DNA of 64,000 nucleotides. It comes from Macrostomum lignano (taxonomy: Eukaryota). The notes beneath the pieces are model-generated. The model was not told the DNA's origin. It saw only the letters and a list, made by a program, of their open reading frames with translations, and did not search any database. The stretch is from contig NIVC01000342.1 in the NCBI GenBank assembly GCA_002269645.1, positions 62,001 through 126,000 of the forward strand, given 5' to 3'. Of the stretch, positions 1 to 18,605 are shown piece by piece. Each line of letters begins with the position of its first letter. Positions within the stretch are counted from its first letter, which is position 1. The position numbers and the translations under genes are program-made.

Positions 1-1992
1 CTACACAAACCCTAAACTCCACAAACCCTAAACTACAGAAACCTTAAACTCCACAAGCCCCAAACTACACAAACCCTAAACTACACAAACCCTAAACTAC
101 ACAAACCCTAAACTCCACAAACCCTAAACTACAGAAACCTTAAACTCCACAAGCCCCAAACTACACAAACCCTAAACTACACAAACCCTAAACTACACAA
201 ACCCCAAACTACACAAACCCCAAACTACACAAACCCTAAACTACAGAAACCCTAAACTACACAAACCCTAAACTACACAAACCCTAAACTCCACAAACCC
301 TAAACTACAGAAACCTTAAATTCCACAAGCCCCAAACTACACAAACCCTAAACTACACAAACCCTAAACTACACAAACCCCAAACTACACAAACCCCAAA
401 CTACACAAACCCTAAACTACAGAAACCCTAAACTACACAAACCCCAAACTACACAAACCCCAAACTACACAAACCCCAAAATACACAAACCCCAAATGAC
501 ACAAACCCTAAACTATACAAACCCCAAGCGACACAAACCCTAAACTATACAAACCCCAAGCGACACAAACCCTAAACTACACAAACCCTAACCTTCACAA
601 ACACTAAACTACACAAACCCTAAACTACACAAACCCTAAACTACACAAACCCTAACCTTCACAAACACTAAACTACACAAACCCTAAACTCCACAAACCC
701 TAAACCACAGAAACCTTAAACTCCACAAACCCTAAACTACACAAACCCTAAACTCCACAAACCCTAAACTACAGAAACCTTAAACTCCACAAACCCTAAA
801 CTACAGAAACCTTAAACTCCACAAACCCTAAACTCCACAAACCCTAAACTACACAAACCCCAAACTACACAAACCCCAAACGACACAAACCCTAAACTCC
901 ACAAACCCTAAACTACACAAACCCTAAACTCCACAAACCCTAAACTACAGAAACCTTAAACTCCACAAACCCTAAACTACACAAACCCTAAACTCCACAA
1001 ACCCTAAACTACAGAAACCTTTAACTCCACAAACCCTAAACTACACAAACCCTAAACTCCACAAACCCTAAACTACAGAAACCTTTAACTCCACAAACCC
1101 TAAACTACACAAACCCTAAACTACACAAACCCTAAACTACACGAACCCCAAACTACACAAACACCAAACTACACAAACCCCAAACTACACAAACCCTAAA
1201 CTACACAAACCCTAAACTCCACAAACCCTAAACTACAGAAACCTTAAACTCCACAAGCCCTAAACTACACAAACCCTAAACTCCACAAACCCTAAACTAC
1301 ACGAACCCTAAACTCCACAAACCCTAAACTACACAAACCCTAAACTACACAAACCCTAAACTACACAAACCCTAAACTACACAAACTCTAAACTACACAA
1401 ACCCTAAACTACACAAACTCTAAACTACACAAACCCTAAACTATACAAAACCCAAGCGACACAAACCCTAAACTACACAAACCCTAACCTTCACAAACAC
1501 TAAACTACACAAACCCTAACCTTCACAAACATTAAACTACACAAACCCTAAACTACACAAACCGTAACCTTAACAAACATTAAACTACACAAACCCTAAA
1601 CTACACAAACCCTAAACTACACAACCTCTAAACTACACAAACCCTAAACTACACAAACTCTAAACTACACAAACCCTAAACTATACAAACCCCAAGCGAC
1701 ACAAACCCTAAACTACACAAACCCTAACCTTCACAAACACTAAACTACACAAACCCTAAACTACACAAACCCTAACCTTCACAAACATTAAACTACACGA
1801 ACCCTAAACTACACAAACCCTAAACTACACAAACATTAAACTACACGAACCCTAAACTCCACAAACCCTAAACTACACAAACCCTAAACTCCACAAACCC
1901 TACACTACACAAACCCTACACTACACAAACCCCAAACGACACAAACCCTAAACTACACAAACTTCAAACGACACAAACCCTAAACTACACAA
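1..1992. repeat. 16-bp minisatellite (CTACACAAACCCTAAA)n with variants, upstream of (probably intronic to) the PDZRN-like exon at 2003
   Basis: Directly visible tandem unit; variants include CTCCACAAACCCTAAA, CTACAGAAACCTTAAA and CTTCACAAACACTAAA. Confidence 0.97.
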
Positions 1993-2002
1993 ATCATTGC
2001 AG

Positions 2003-6087
<4,085 letters not shown>

Positions 6088-6845
6088 GCACGTTCTGTCT
6101 GATTCGTCATCTCGTGGCATTCCTTTCCTGCCTGCCTCCCTGCCGGCCCCTTCAGCTGGAGTTCACTTTCGCTATGCTTATTATTTTTCTCTGCCCCTCA
6201 CCCGAGCAGCAACCGGGCAGACAGGCAAACAAACTGGAACAGAACTTTAGAGATTTGTTCTTCTGCTTTTTACAGCCTGCATGCCCCGTCACCCTCGAAG
6301 AAGCCCCTTACTTACCGACTTACCGCATCTTTGGTGCACTTGCTCCAATGCGGTGTGCGTTTTTTCTCAATTGAATTCGCACTAGCGAGAACAAGCTATC
6401 AGAACAGTTAGTCGCGCAAAAGCAATACAAACACACACTGTTCGCCTCTGTGTGACTTCTGCTTCTGCACTAAATGAATGCCCTCAATATTATATATATA
6501 TTTATTTATTAATATACATGCATATTCATAAATATATGAAGCATAGAAATTGAAATAAATTTCACCTGTTGATTTTTGGTCTCTAAGGCTCGTTCACACT
6601 GCAATTAATTGAGCTATCGATTCACACGAGGAAAAAATACGAGTACTAACTAACAAGACACCTTGGTAACCTGTTTGCGTACAGTGTGCTTAAATGCGTA
6701 CCTGTATGAGAAACTCGGCACTCAGCTCGGAAACTTACACACTCAGCAAAAGCTAAATCCCTCCCTAATTAACCTGATCACCAACCATTCTGGAAGGCAC
6801 TGACATGCTCGATGGGGCTCATGTCTGGAGACTTTCACGGCCTGG

Positions 6846-7435
6846 TGAGACAGGAGAGGAGAGAAGAGATGGAAGAAGTGAGACAAGAGAGGAGAGAGGG
6901 AAGAAGTGAGACAGAAGCGGAGAGAGGGGAGAGGTGAGACAGGGAGAAGAGAGGGGAGAGGTGAGACAGGAGAGGAGAGAGTGAAGAAGTGAGACAGGAA
7001 AGGAGAGAGGGAAGATGTGAGACAGGAGAAGAGAGAGGGAAAAGGTGAGACTGGAGAGGTCAGATTGGAGAGGTGAGACTAGACAGATGAGACTGGAGAG
7101 AAGAGAATGGAGAGGTGAAACTGGAGAGGAGAGAGGGTAGGGGTGATAAAGGAGAGAAGGTGAGACTGGAGAGATGAGACTGGAGAGAAGAGAGGGTAGG
7201 GGTGAGACAGGCGAAAAGAGAGGCTAGAGGTGAGATAGAAAAGGAGAGAAGGAAGAGGTGGGACTGGAGAGGAGAGACTGGAGAGGCGAGACTGGAGACG
7301 AGAGACTGGAGAGGAGAGACTGGAGAGGAGAGACTGGAGAGGAGAGACTGGAGAGGAGAGACTGGAGAGGAGAGACTGGAGAGGAGAGAGGGGATATGCA
7401 CCAGAAACGGGAGAGGAGAGGAGAGGAGAGGGTAG
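6846..7435. repeat. Purine-rich degenerate repeat with core GAGACTGGAGAG(GA)
   Basis: Directly visible; explains the spurious low-complexity ORFs at 7060-7521. Confidence 0.9.
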
Positions 7436-8095
7436 AGGGGATAATTTTCACTAGGGATGCCTATAAAATTCCTTCTATCCCAAAAGCAATTTAAGCTACC
7501 TTTGTATATACAACGCTTCAATCACTCCAACGCCAATTAAAACCCTCAGGCGCCCTGTATCCAGTTTGCGAATAACACGGCACAGCTAATCATGACTGAT
7601 TTAACTGGTCCAAAGTCGAGTACATTTAACCCAATGGCCAATGATCAACACATATAGGTACTAACATGAACTCTATTTTGTGTAGCCGTCAGCAACTGCA
7701 TTGAGTGAAATGCAACTATAGCACAAGTGTGCTGACAACACACAGGGGCCTTGGGCGCCGTCTGCGAAGTGCGAACTCTTTAATACGTGGGAATTTTTTA
7801 AGTTGATATTTCTGTATTTTGTAAAACATACCCTTTCCAAGTCGTGAAAACGTGTTATTTGATATTTGGTGCAAGAATACTGGCAGGGCATGTGAAGAGA
7901 GAGACTAAGTTTTAGCGTCTGTAGCGATATCGAATAGCAAATTATTAACCTGGGCAGACTATTTTTGTCTGCGTGTGTAACATTTTTTATCAAGACAGCG
8001 TCTGGGTGTGCCACTCCTTAGGCGTGGCTGAAACTAACTTCTGACACTAGAGAACAGCACCAGACTTTTTTAATTAATAATGATACCCGGTATAA

Positions 8096-10910
8096 GCATC
8101 TGACACTAGATATTAGCATCTGACACTGAATATTAGCATCTCATACTGGATATTAGCATCTGACACTAGATATTAGCATCTGACACTGAATATTAGCATC
8201 TCATACTGGATATTAGCATCTGACATTAGATATTAGCATCTGACACTGGATATTAGCATCTGACACTAAATATTAGCATCTCAAACTGGATATTAGCATC
8301 TGACACTGGATATTAGCATCTGACACTGATATTAGCATCTGACACTGCTATTAGCATCTGACACTAAATATTAGCATCTCAAACTGGATATTAGCATCTG
8401 ACACTGGATATTAGCATCTGACACTGAATATTAGCATCTCATACTGGATATTAGCATCTGACATTAGATATTAGCATCTGACACTGGATATTAGCATCTG
8501 ACACTAGATATTAGCATCTGACACTGAATATTAGCATCTCATACTGGATATTAGCATCTGACATTAGATATTAGCATCTGACACTGGATATTAGCATCTG
8601 ACACTAAATATTAGCATCTCAAACTGGATATTAGCATCTGACACTGGATATTAGCATCTGACACTGATATTAGCATCTGACACTGCTATTAGCATCTGAC
8701 ACTAAATATTAGCATCTCAAACTGGATATTAGCATCTGACACTGGATATTAGCATCTGACACTGAATATTAGCATCTCATACTGGATATTAGCATCTGAC
8801 ATTAGATATTAGCATCTGACACTGGATATTAGCATCTGACACTAAATATTAGCATCTCAAACTGGATATTAGCATCTGACACTGGATATTAGCATCTGAC
8901 ACTGATATTAGCATCTGACACTGATATTAGCATCTGACACTAAATATTAGCATCTCAAACTGGATATTAGCATCTGACACTGGATATTAGCATCTGACAC
9001 TGATATTAGCATCTGACACTGATATTAGCATCTGACACTGATATTAGCATCTGACACTGATATTAGCATCTGACACTGATATTAGCATCTGACCCTGAAT
9101 ATTAGCATCTCATACTGGATATTAGCGTCTGACATTAGATATTAGCATCTACACTGGATATTAGCATCTGACACTAAATATTAGCATCTCATACTGGATA
9201 TTAGCATCTGACACTACATATTAGCATCTCATACTGGATATTAGCATCTGACACTAGATATTAGCATCTGACACTGGATATTAGCATCTGACCCTGAATA
9301 TTAGCATCTGATACTGGATATTAGCATCTGACCCTGAATATTAGCATCTCATACTGGATATTAGCGTCTGACATTAGATATTAGCATCTGACACTGGATA
9401 TTAGCATCTGACACTAGATATTAGCATCTGACACTGGATATTAGCATCTGACACTGATATTAGCATCTGACACTGATATTAGCATCTGACACTAAATATT
9501 AGCATCTCAAACTGGATATTAGCATCTGACACTGGATATTAGCATCTGACACTGAATATTAGCATCTCATACTGGATATTAGCATCTGACATTAGATATT
9601 AGCATCTGACACTGGATATTAGCATCTGACACTAAATATTAGCATCTCATACTGGATATTAGCATCTGACACTAAATATTAGCATCTCATACTGTATATT
9701 AGCATCTGACACTAAATATTAGCATCTCATACTGTATATTAGCATCTGACCCTGAATATTAGCATCTGACACTGGATATTAGCATCTGACCCTGAATATT
9801 AGCATCTCATACTGGATATTAGCGTCTGACATTAGATATTAGCATCTGACACTGGATATTAGCATCTGACACTAGATATTAGCATCTGACACTGGATATT
9901 AGCATCTGACACTGATATTAGCATCTGACACTGATATTAGCATCTGACACTGGATATTAGCATCTGACCCTGAATATTAGCATCTCATACTGGATATTAG
10001 CGTCTGACATTAGATATTAGCATCTGCACTGGATATTAGCATCTGACACTAAATATTAGCATCTCATACTGGATATTAGCATCTGACACTACATATTAGC
10101 ATCTCATACTGGATATTAGCATCTGACACTAAATATTAGCATCTCATACTGTATATTAGCATCTGACACTAAATATTAGCATCTCATACTGTATATTAGC
10201 ATCTGACACTAGATATTAGCATCTGACACTAAATATTAGCATCTCATACTGTATATTAGCATCTGACACTGATATTAGCATCTGACACTAGATATTAGCA
10301 TCTGACACTGGATATTAGCATCTGACCCTGAATATTAGCATCTCATACTGGATATTAGCGTCTGACATTAGATATTAGCATCTGCACTGGATATTAGCAT
10401 CTGACACTAAATATTAGCATCTCATACTGGATATTAGCATCTGACACTAAATATTAGCGTCTGACATTCGATATTAGCATCTATTAGCACCTGACACAGG
10501 ATATTCGCATCTGACACTAGATATTAGCATCTGACACTGGATATTCGCATCTGACACTGGATATTAGCATCTAACCCAGGATTTTAGCATTTATTAGCAC
10601 CTGAACTGGATATTAGCATCTGACGCTGGATATTAGCATCTGACACAGGATATTAGCATCTGACACAGGATATTAGCGTCTGACACTAATATTAGCATCT
10701 GACACAGAATATTAGCGTCTATTAGCACCTGACACTGGATATTCGCATCTGACACTGGATATTAGCGTCTGACATCAGATTTTAGCATCTGCCACTAATA
10801 TTAGCACCTGACACTGGATATTAGCATCCGACACTGGATATTTGCACCTGACACTGGATATTAGCATCCGACACTGGATATTAGCATCCGACACTGGATA
10901 TTAGCATTTG
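8096..10910. repeat. 19/20-bp minisatellite (GATATTAGCATCTGACACTG)n, about 2.8 kb
   Basis: Directly visible; recurring blocks of variants indicate higher-order duplication. Confidence 0.98.
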
Positions 10911-12407
10911 AAAGTTTTATTAGTACTTTAGTACTATCACATCTCCACCAGTGGTCCTTGAGAGGACAGCACGTCACTGTGTCCAATCCCTAAGTTCTGG
11001 TACCTCAAAAACTACTGTTGCTATTCCGTTTGCCATGTAGATCCTCGTTAACAATTGCGCAGTTACACTTTGAGTTTGTTGTTTCTCTTGTTGTGGCCAG
11101 ACAGGGACTGCGTTCACTCGAAGCATATTGATACACTTTTGCGCATTGGGCTGCGAACCTGGACGCCTTGATGAAAACACGAACTCATTTCTTAACTTAA
11201 CAGTTTTTCTAAAGCCAAAGTTTTCGTTTTTGCCGTTCGGCTTTCAGTGTGTAAAAATTAACGTGAATTTTTTTCGAATTTTCACCATGTGCAGACAGCC
11301 GAGGCAGGCAGCTGCTAACGATGAAAATAGTTGCCTTTTCTGTATATTTCTACTCACAGTAGGGTATTACGGGTTGTACTGAATATTTTGTTTACAAAAC
11401 CTGGAAACCTGTAAGGAAAAGTGAATAATTGCAAGAAATAATTCTGAGATTAAGGATTTCAGTGATGAAGGATTTCAGTGGATAGGAGATTTCAGTGAGG
11501 ATGGATTCATCGAATAGGAATTTCTGTGAGCAAGGGCTATCTATCTGTGAATAGTATTTTCCATGAATACCAATTTCTGTGAATAGGAATTTCAGTGAGT
11601 AGTTGGAAACAGGAGATTATTCTAGTGTCAGCAAATGACCAGTGCAACCAGGCCTTTGATATAAAATGCAAAATTATATACACGCGCAAGTCCAGGCAAA
11701 CTCAAAATAAAGAGCACATTGAAACCGCCTACAATTAAGGTAGGATTCGCGATTACGCATATAATTTTTGACCGTTATAGTTGGAACTTCTCGGAAAGAA
11801 ATTCAACTCCAATTTTTGAAGATGTTGCAAATCTGAAATCTGTCGAAATAAAAACTTGAATTGTTAATTTGTAATTGTTTTGCTTTGGTCACGTAATTTT
11901 CATACTGCGTTGGTCCACGCGATTGAATTTCAAGCACACAAGGATCACTTTTCCTGTCCTGTCCACTTCACCCCTCGCCTCCCTATACGGCATACACAAA
12001 AGTAACGCCTCTAGCGAAGCGAGACCTAATTTAAATTTTAAATAGTTCAACAAGACCTTAACTGGCACCCAAAGTCAGATAACACTTCCCCGTTCCGCCC
12101 TTCCCCACGTTTCTATTCCATATGCACAGACTGCAGGCCCGGGTTTATTGCAGGGGGGTTGGGGATTGGGGGTTGGAGGGCGGTTTTTGAACTGCACATG
12201 AAGTTTCCAGTTGGGGGGGGTTGGCCCCACTCAGCCGCTATTGGCTGGCCCAGGACCCACCACCCACCCCACCCTCCTCCTTCATGGCTAAACTGTTATG
12301 GCGAGGGAACTATAAAACCAGCTTGGAAAACTGAAATCAAGGTTCACAGTCCAATTCCCAATCAATCCGGTGGATCTGAATTCTAATATTCGCTAAAAAC
12401 CAGCAAA

Positions 12408-12990
12408 ATGCTGCAACGCAAGCTCTCGTCATCAACCAGCAATAGCTCCGCCCTGTTTCCACCGTCAACGCAGTCGCCCTCACCGCCACGCGACACAGAG
12501 CAGGCAGTTGCTGCTGGTTCAAGTCAACAGCAGCTTGTCCAGGCTCTTCTAGCTAGCATGCGGCTGTGCATTGCTGCAGATGCGGACAGGTTTAAAGCTA
12601 AATATGGCTGTCTTAGCTGGCGTTTGGCGAGCGCCGATCAACTGCCGGACTATTATCGTTGTCACAGCTCAGGCTGCAGCTGCTGCCACGACAGTCTCCT
12701 AGTAGAGGAAGACGAAGCGCAAGAAGGCAGGGAGCAGAGCCTCCAGCGCCAGATGAAGCAGCGCCGGGAGCAGCAGACTATTGCAGCAGTAGCAGCAGTT
12801 TCTTCTTCGACTGCAAGCAAGAAAAGTCGGCGGCGCATCCGACAGCCGGTGACAATTAAAAAGCAGCAGACTCCCACTTCTTCATCAAGCTATTCTGCGG
12901 GCGCCAATTCCTCTACGAGTATGAGCCTGAGTCTGAGCTCGAGGACGTGCAGAGCGAGGCTTTCTGGTTCGCAGCAGGCACAAATTACAG
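12408..12990 (+). CDS. Possible first coding exon of an unidentified Ser/Gln-rich protein
   Basis: ATG-initiated open frame with the host-like CAG/AGC-rich codon style, a Cys/His cluster (RCHSSGCSCCH) and a strong donor CAG|GTGAGA at 12991. No recognisable domain; downstream exons not identified. Confidence 0.35.
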
Positions 12991-13142
12991 GTGAGAGGCT
13001 GAGGACTGAGGAGGGAGCTGACTTGACTCCATTGAAATCTGATATTTTGGTATCCTATACCCATGCATACACGAGAGATGAGGCTGAATTGTATATAATT
13101 AATGCTGTGACTTTATATATAACTAAAAGATAACGGCTAGAA

Positions 13143-13556
13143 TAAATCTATGAGAAGTCGAAGAGAATATATATCAATGAGGAGAGAATAGATATCAATG
13201 AGGAGAGAATAGACATCCATGAGGAGAGAATAGATATATCAATAAGGAGAGAATATATATCAATGACGAGAGAATATATATACATGAGGAGACAGGAGAG
13301 AATAGATATCAATAAGAAGAGAATAGATATCTACGATGAGAATAGATATCAATGAGGAGAAAATAGATATCAATGGGGAGAGAATAGATATCAATGAGAG
13401 AATAGATATCCATGAGGAGAGAATAGAAATGTGTGAGAAGAGTATAGATACCTACAAAAAGAAAATTATTATTCTATAAGGAGAAAATAGATATCTATAA
13501 CGGCATAAGAAGTAAGATGTCCATGATGAGAGAATAGATAAATGATAAGGAGAGAA
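13143..13556. repeat. Degenerate ~21-bp repeat (GAGGAGAGAATAGATATCAAT)
   Basis: Directly visible. Confidence 0.85.
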
Positions 13557-16366
13557 GGCATTTTCAGATATATCAATACTAATACTAATAAGCAGTAGTC
13601 TCACCTGAGCAGTTGCCTGAATTCATACTCATAAAAGACCTGCTTCTGGCATCTTGCCAACAATAACACTAAGGCGTGGCCGCGTGGGTTTTGAGGCCTT
13701 GGGAACCATTCTGATTTTAGATTAATAATAATTCTAAAATGAGACTTTGGTTAGACTATGAGGGCTTAGTATTATGTGCCCATGGCGATAATTGTATTGG
13801 CAAAGTGCCAGACCCTGAGACAGCCCACATGGCACCCAAAGCTCTTACTGTGTACACGTCCAAATGGGGAATGGGAAGGCGCGGCGCCCCGCAAGTCTTT
13901 GTTCAACCTTCTTCAAGCTCCCATGGGGGCCCGCCGCCATGTTAGCATAGCAACCAAAATAGTCGGGTGAAGGTCGGGACAAAACGGAGCCAAACATTTA
14001 ACGATATCTATCGGTCAATATATCAAGTTCGATTACGCAATCACTTGGGTTGCCATGTCCATTGGCTAGAGAATAGAAATCCCCAAATCCCCCAAACGCG
14101 AGAATTGGGATTCGATTCGACAGATAAGACTTAACATTTTGTAGAATCTCCTTTTAAGCCTGCCAATCTTTCTTAAATCTCCATTTACAGACATCTTCCG
14201 GCTAAAGAAAAGACGTTTGACCCTGGACGAAACTGCAATCAATGGAGCAAAGAAGGCCGGCAGTTCCTCTTCTTCTGGGAGCGGCAATTAAAAAGGATTT
14301 TGATTTCTAACATCCTGACCTAAGAGACAGAGTTAGTGCATTATGTTGCTTGACCGTTAATCTGAATCCAGCACTTTCTCTTACAGCTCTGTAAAAACAT
14401 TGCCATTTCTATATTTAATATTCAACATTATGGCTCAATGTTTCAAATCCGTCAAAGTTTACATGCGCAAAATTACAAAAGTACAATCAATGTATATACT
14501 GTTTTTTATTTAATTAACTATTTTGTTTCTCCTTTCTGTCAGCATTATTGTTCTTTTATAATAATCATATTTATAAAAAACATAATATCGTCGATTCACT
14601 CGATTGACCAATAAGTTACTTGCACTTGCACTTTAAAATATAATGTGTAAAAAACTTGTTTAATTCTACATCAGCTCATTTTGATCGTCTTTTATTTGGA
14701 GCATAATTGCTGCATACTCGTATAGTAAAGCATTCGAAGAGTGAAGAGCGCCACTGTACATACAAGATAAGAGGAATCATTAAACATTAAGCAAGAAACT
14801 AAGCTATGTGTGTCTATTTACACAGCTTATAGTTAGTCGCGTGCATAGTGGGGTGGAGTGGAGGGGCAAGGACGAAGGTTTGCGTCTTGGCTAGCGGGCC
14901 TGGGCCACGCGACTTAATCGATTTCATGGCCAGGGTAAAACGGGCAGGCAGTGAGGCAGAGGGAAACCCCTTCAGCTCCACACCACCACAGCACAGACAC
15001 GCACAGGCCTAGACGGGGTAAGCGTGGGGTGTTGGTTTTACAACCCAATATAGCCAGGCAGGCACGAGGCGTGGGGTTCGGATTTTAGAATTTGGGGCCC
15101 CACGGTGGCCTCATTAATTTTATTCGACAGGGGCGCGTGCGCCCTTCTCTCTCAAATGCGCTGTGTGCTTCCCTCGAGAGTGGGGGGTGAAGGGGCTTCG
15201 AGGGAGGCCGTAAAAGATGGTGGTGGCTCTTCGTTCCCCTTATAGTTTTGGCTGGCCCCCTTCTTTGTTCCCATAAATGGAAAAATATTGAACACGAGCT
15301 AGGCTGCATGCAAAGCCGTGGGGGCCCCGAGGAAAATGGGAACAATATGGGGGCCTCGCAGCTGTTCAAATTCATCAAGAAACCCCCCCCCTCACCGACA
15401 GAAGACGGCACGCGTGACTCATTCGAATCCTGTTCTTGTGCGAGCGGCCTTCATGTGGGGCCTTCTACCATAGACTGACTGTAGACAGAGAAAGAATTGC
15501 CGACCAAGAAGTTAGAAGCACAAGAAGAGTAGAAATTCAGCAAAAGCAGCCTTGCTCTTCTCTTATCTCTTATCGGCATTTCCAAGGAAGTTATTAGGAA
15601 CAGGCCGAATCTTGGTGAAATACTATGTCTCTAGACTCAACACCAGATCAAATATAGTGTTTACAAGCAAAAACTGATAAACAGCATCACGGATATGTTC
15701 GATATAGTTAACATATAGTTAATATAATTATAGATACCGTTTGAACTATTAAGGTGCAGGTTTTAGAGGCGCTTCTTAAACGAGAATTGGGATTCAGGAA
15801 CCAACACTAAGGCTTGGTCTATTTTAAAGAGAAGGTGGGGATTTTCCGCACTAATGAGCACACGAGAGACAGGCAAGAAGCACAGTAAAAAGGGTTGAGC
15901 TCCCCGAGAGGAAGGCCGGTTGCATATAGAGAATTGACGGCTCTGCCTAATGCCAGGTGCGAATCGAAACAGTCGGCCAGATGTCAGACGACTCCGCGGT
16001 CGCGTGGGGCCTCGTGCTGTGACTCCGAGGAGTTGGGGAAGAAAATCCCACCGCAGTTTCGAATGGCGCAAGCCCTTTCTTCATGAAAATGCTCAATATT
16101 GCGAGCTGAGCCTGAGACAGAGAGGGGGGACCGGCGGCGATTGAGAAGTTCTCAAATTAGCCTGGTTGAACATCTGCTGCCTGCTATTCACGCTCGGGAC
16201 CCCCTTGATTGCCTCGCCTTCCTGCTCGACTGAGCGCCTTCCTCCCCCGGGACAGCGGCTGAGCTGCACGTCTATAACGGCTTGAAAAAGGTTTATGGTG
16301 TGCACGGGCTACTCAAGTCTAATGAGTCTTTGTTACAGTTGGTTGATCAAAATCCGTGCACCTATA

Positions 16367-16453
16367 GTCTGTCTGTCTGTCTGCCTGCCTGCTTGTCTGT
16401 CTGTCTGTCTGTCTGTCTATATGCCTGTCTGTCTGTCTGTCTGTCTGTCTGCC

Positions 16454-16502
<49 letters not shown>

Positions 16503-16527
16503 GCCTGTCTGTCTGTCTGTCTGCCTA

Positions 16528-16614
<87 letters not shown>

Positions 16615-16615
16615 A

Positions 16616-16693
<78 letters not shown>

Positions 16694-16698
16694 CCTAC

Positions 16699-16730
<32 letters not shown>

Positions 16731-16745
16731 TTATCCATCTATCTA
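16367..16745. repeat. Compound microsatellite: (TCTG)n followed by (TATC)n
   Basis: Directly visible; junction near 16526. Confidence 0.97.
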
Positions 16746-17674
16746 TCTTTAGCAACCAGTAACAAATTTAGCAGCTCAGTCATGAGTAATCTACATTACC
16801 AATTGCATATGCCATACGATATACAGAGCTCAACGCACGTAACGTTTATAATTCTGTTGTTTAACTTTAACAGCTAATCTGTTACAGTTTGGATTTTATA
16901 AAGCCATTGACAACAGCAAATCCAATGATATAATACGAAGCAGTACATATAGAATCGAATGGGATGAGTTCAACTTGGATAATAGAGCAAAGCAAACTTT
17001 GACACGGCACACCCTCAGTTCCTCATGCAGCGCGAGACCAAGATCAAGAACCCGACACCATTGAGAGGCCTGAAGTCTTGACACCTATGCACAATAGAAG
17101 AGGGTCTTCGTCTCGAATTGCAGGCCTCCAGAGATGAAGTTTAAACAAAGAATTTCTTCTTTTTTCCTCCCACAGAGACTGCAACTTTATATATCGACAG
17201 AGCTAGTCTTTGTCGCGCGTAGGATTTAATACAAAACACAGCCTGCAGACTCGCAGTCTCCGCTGTCCTTTATTATTGTTATTTAACAAATTACGTAACA
17301 GCCCCGACCGAGGCCACTCAACCCGCCCCGCCTGCATCATCACCCTTGTATTTCTCACAATATCCAAGCCCACATAAAAAAGTCAACCTGCCATTGTCAT
17401 TCGATATTTACATAGACAACAAAGACTTCGCTGAGCTCTGGGCCTACGTGGGCGGGCCAAGAAAGTTTAAGAATTATATTTATCTTGTCTGTAAAGCCAG
17501 ACGACTTTCTTTGTTATAACTTTGGATTTGTTCTGTTATGAAGGTCCGGGATGGGCTTAAACCAGGCAGATAGATAATCCCAGCTTATACTTGCGGCAGT
17601 GTCGGCAGAGTATATATAAGAAAACGGATCAACTGGAACTTTGGGGTCTGCGTGTCTTCATGCTGTTGTTATTG

Positions 17675-17945
17675 AAGAGAAAGGAGAGGAGTGAAAAAAG
17701 AAGAGAGAAGAGGGAGAGGGAGTGGAAAGGAGAGGAGAGAAGAGGAGAGGCCGAGGAAGTGAGAGGAGGAAAAGGAGACGGGAGAGGAGATGGAGAGGGG
17801 AGGAGATGAGAGCGGAGAGTAGTAGGGAGAGAAGAGGGAGAGGGGAGAAGGAAAGAGAGGGAGGGGAGAGAGGAGGGAAAGGTTTGATCGGAGAGAAGAG
17901 GAGAAGGGAGAGAATAGAAGGGAGGAGGAGAAACAGAGCAAGAAA
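17675..17945. repeat. GA-rich polypurine tract
   Basis: Directly visible low-complexity sequence. Confidence 0.85.
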
Positions 17946-18605
17946 GTGCGAGAGGTTAAAAACGTAAATACTTGGAACATAAACCAATAGTGCATCCATT
18001 CGAGCGGTTTGGAGGTTTCCGATGAACCCTGGGTTTAAATCAACATTACTTTTTTGTATACCATACTAAACTACTGAATTCAGTAACATAAAACGCGTTT
18101 TCTATAGAAATAGAAAATAAAAAAAAATTAGTTTTTGAAAATTACGTGTGCCAAAGTGTGTCACTGAGACAAGAAACAATAAAGCCATTTAATTTCCGTC
18201 GTATTTTATTCCAAAACAACAACAACCGCTGTATGTCACTGCCAGTTATAAATCATTTATCCAAATAAACAATGATTGTTTGCATTATTAGTAGAAAAGA
18301 ATATTAGATTTCAAAAGACATTGTGCGCGAGTGCAGGTGACCCGGTTAGCACAATTCTTAAAATATTAGGATAAATTTGACTTTAAAATTAGCAGAAGAT
18401 TATAAATTAAAATATTAACAGATTAGCGAAATTAGATCAGCAATATTTATGCGCAATCATTGTGCTAAATTTAATCAAGGCCTTGAAGCAAACAAACGGA
18501 TTGGATTAACATTGCCATTTCGTTAAATAGCTGCACGACTACTTCTTAAACAGACACTCCCTTGATGTCAAATATGCGTCAGACTGACACTCCCTTGATG
18601 TCAAA

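Noticed and set aside
13739-16305. Several short ORFs and a shared CGAGAATTGGGATTC word (~14099 and ~15781)
   Set aside because: No domain, terminal repeats or extended similarity that I could support.
16282-16762. LSVC/LSIY ORFs (also 45937-46401, 53321-53961 and 39708-39992)
   Set aside because: They are stop-free frames of tetranucleotide microsatellites.
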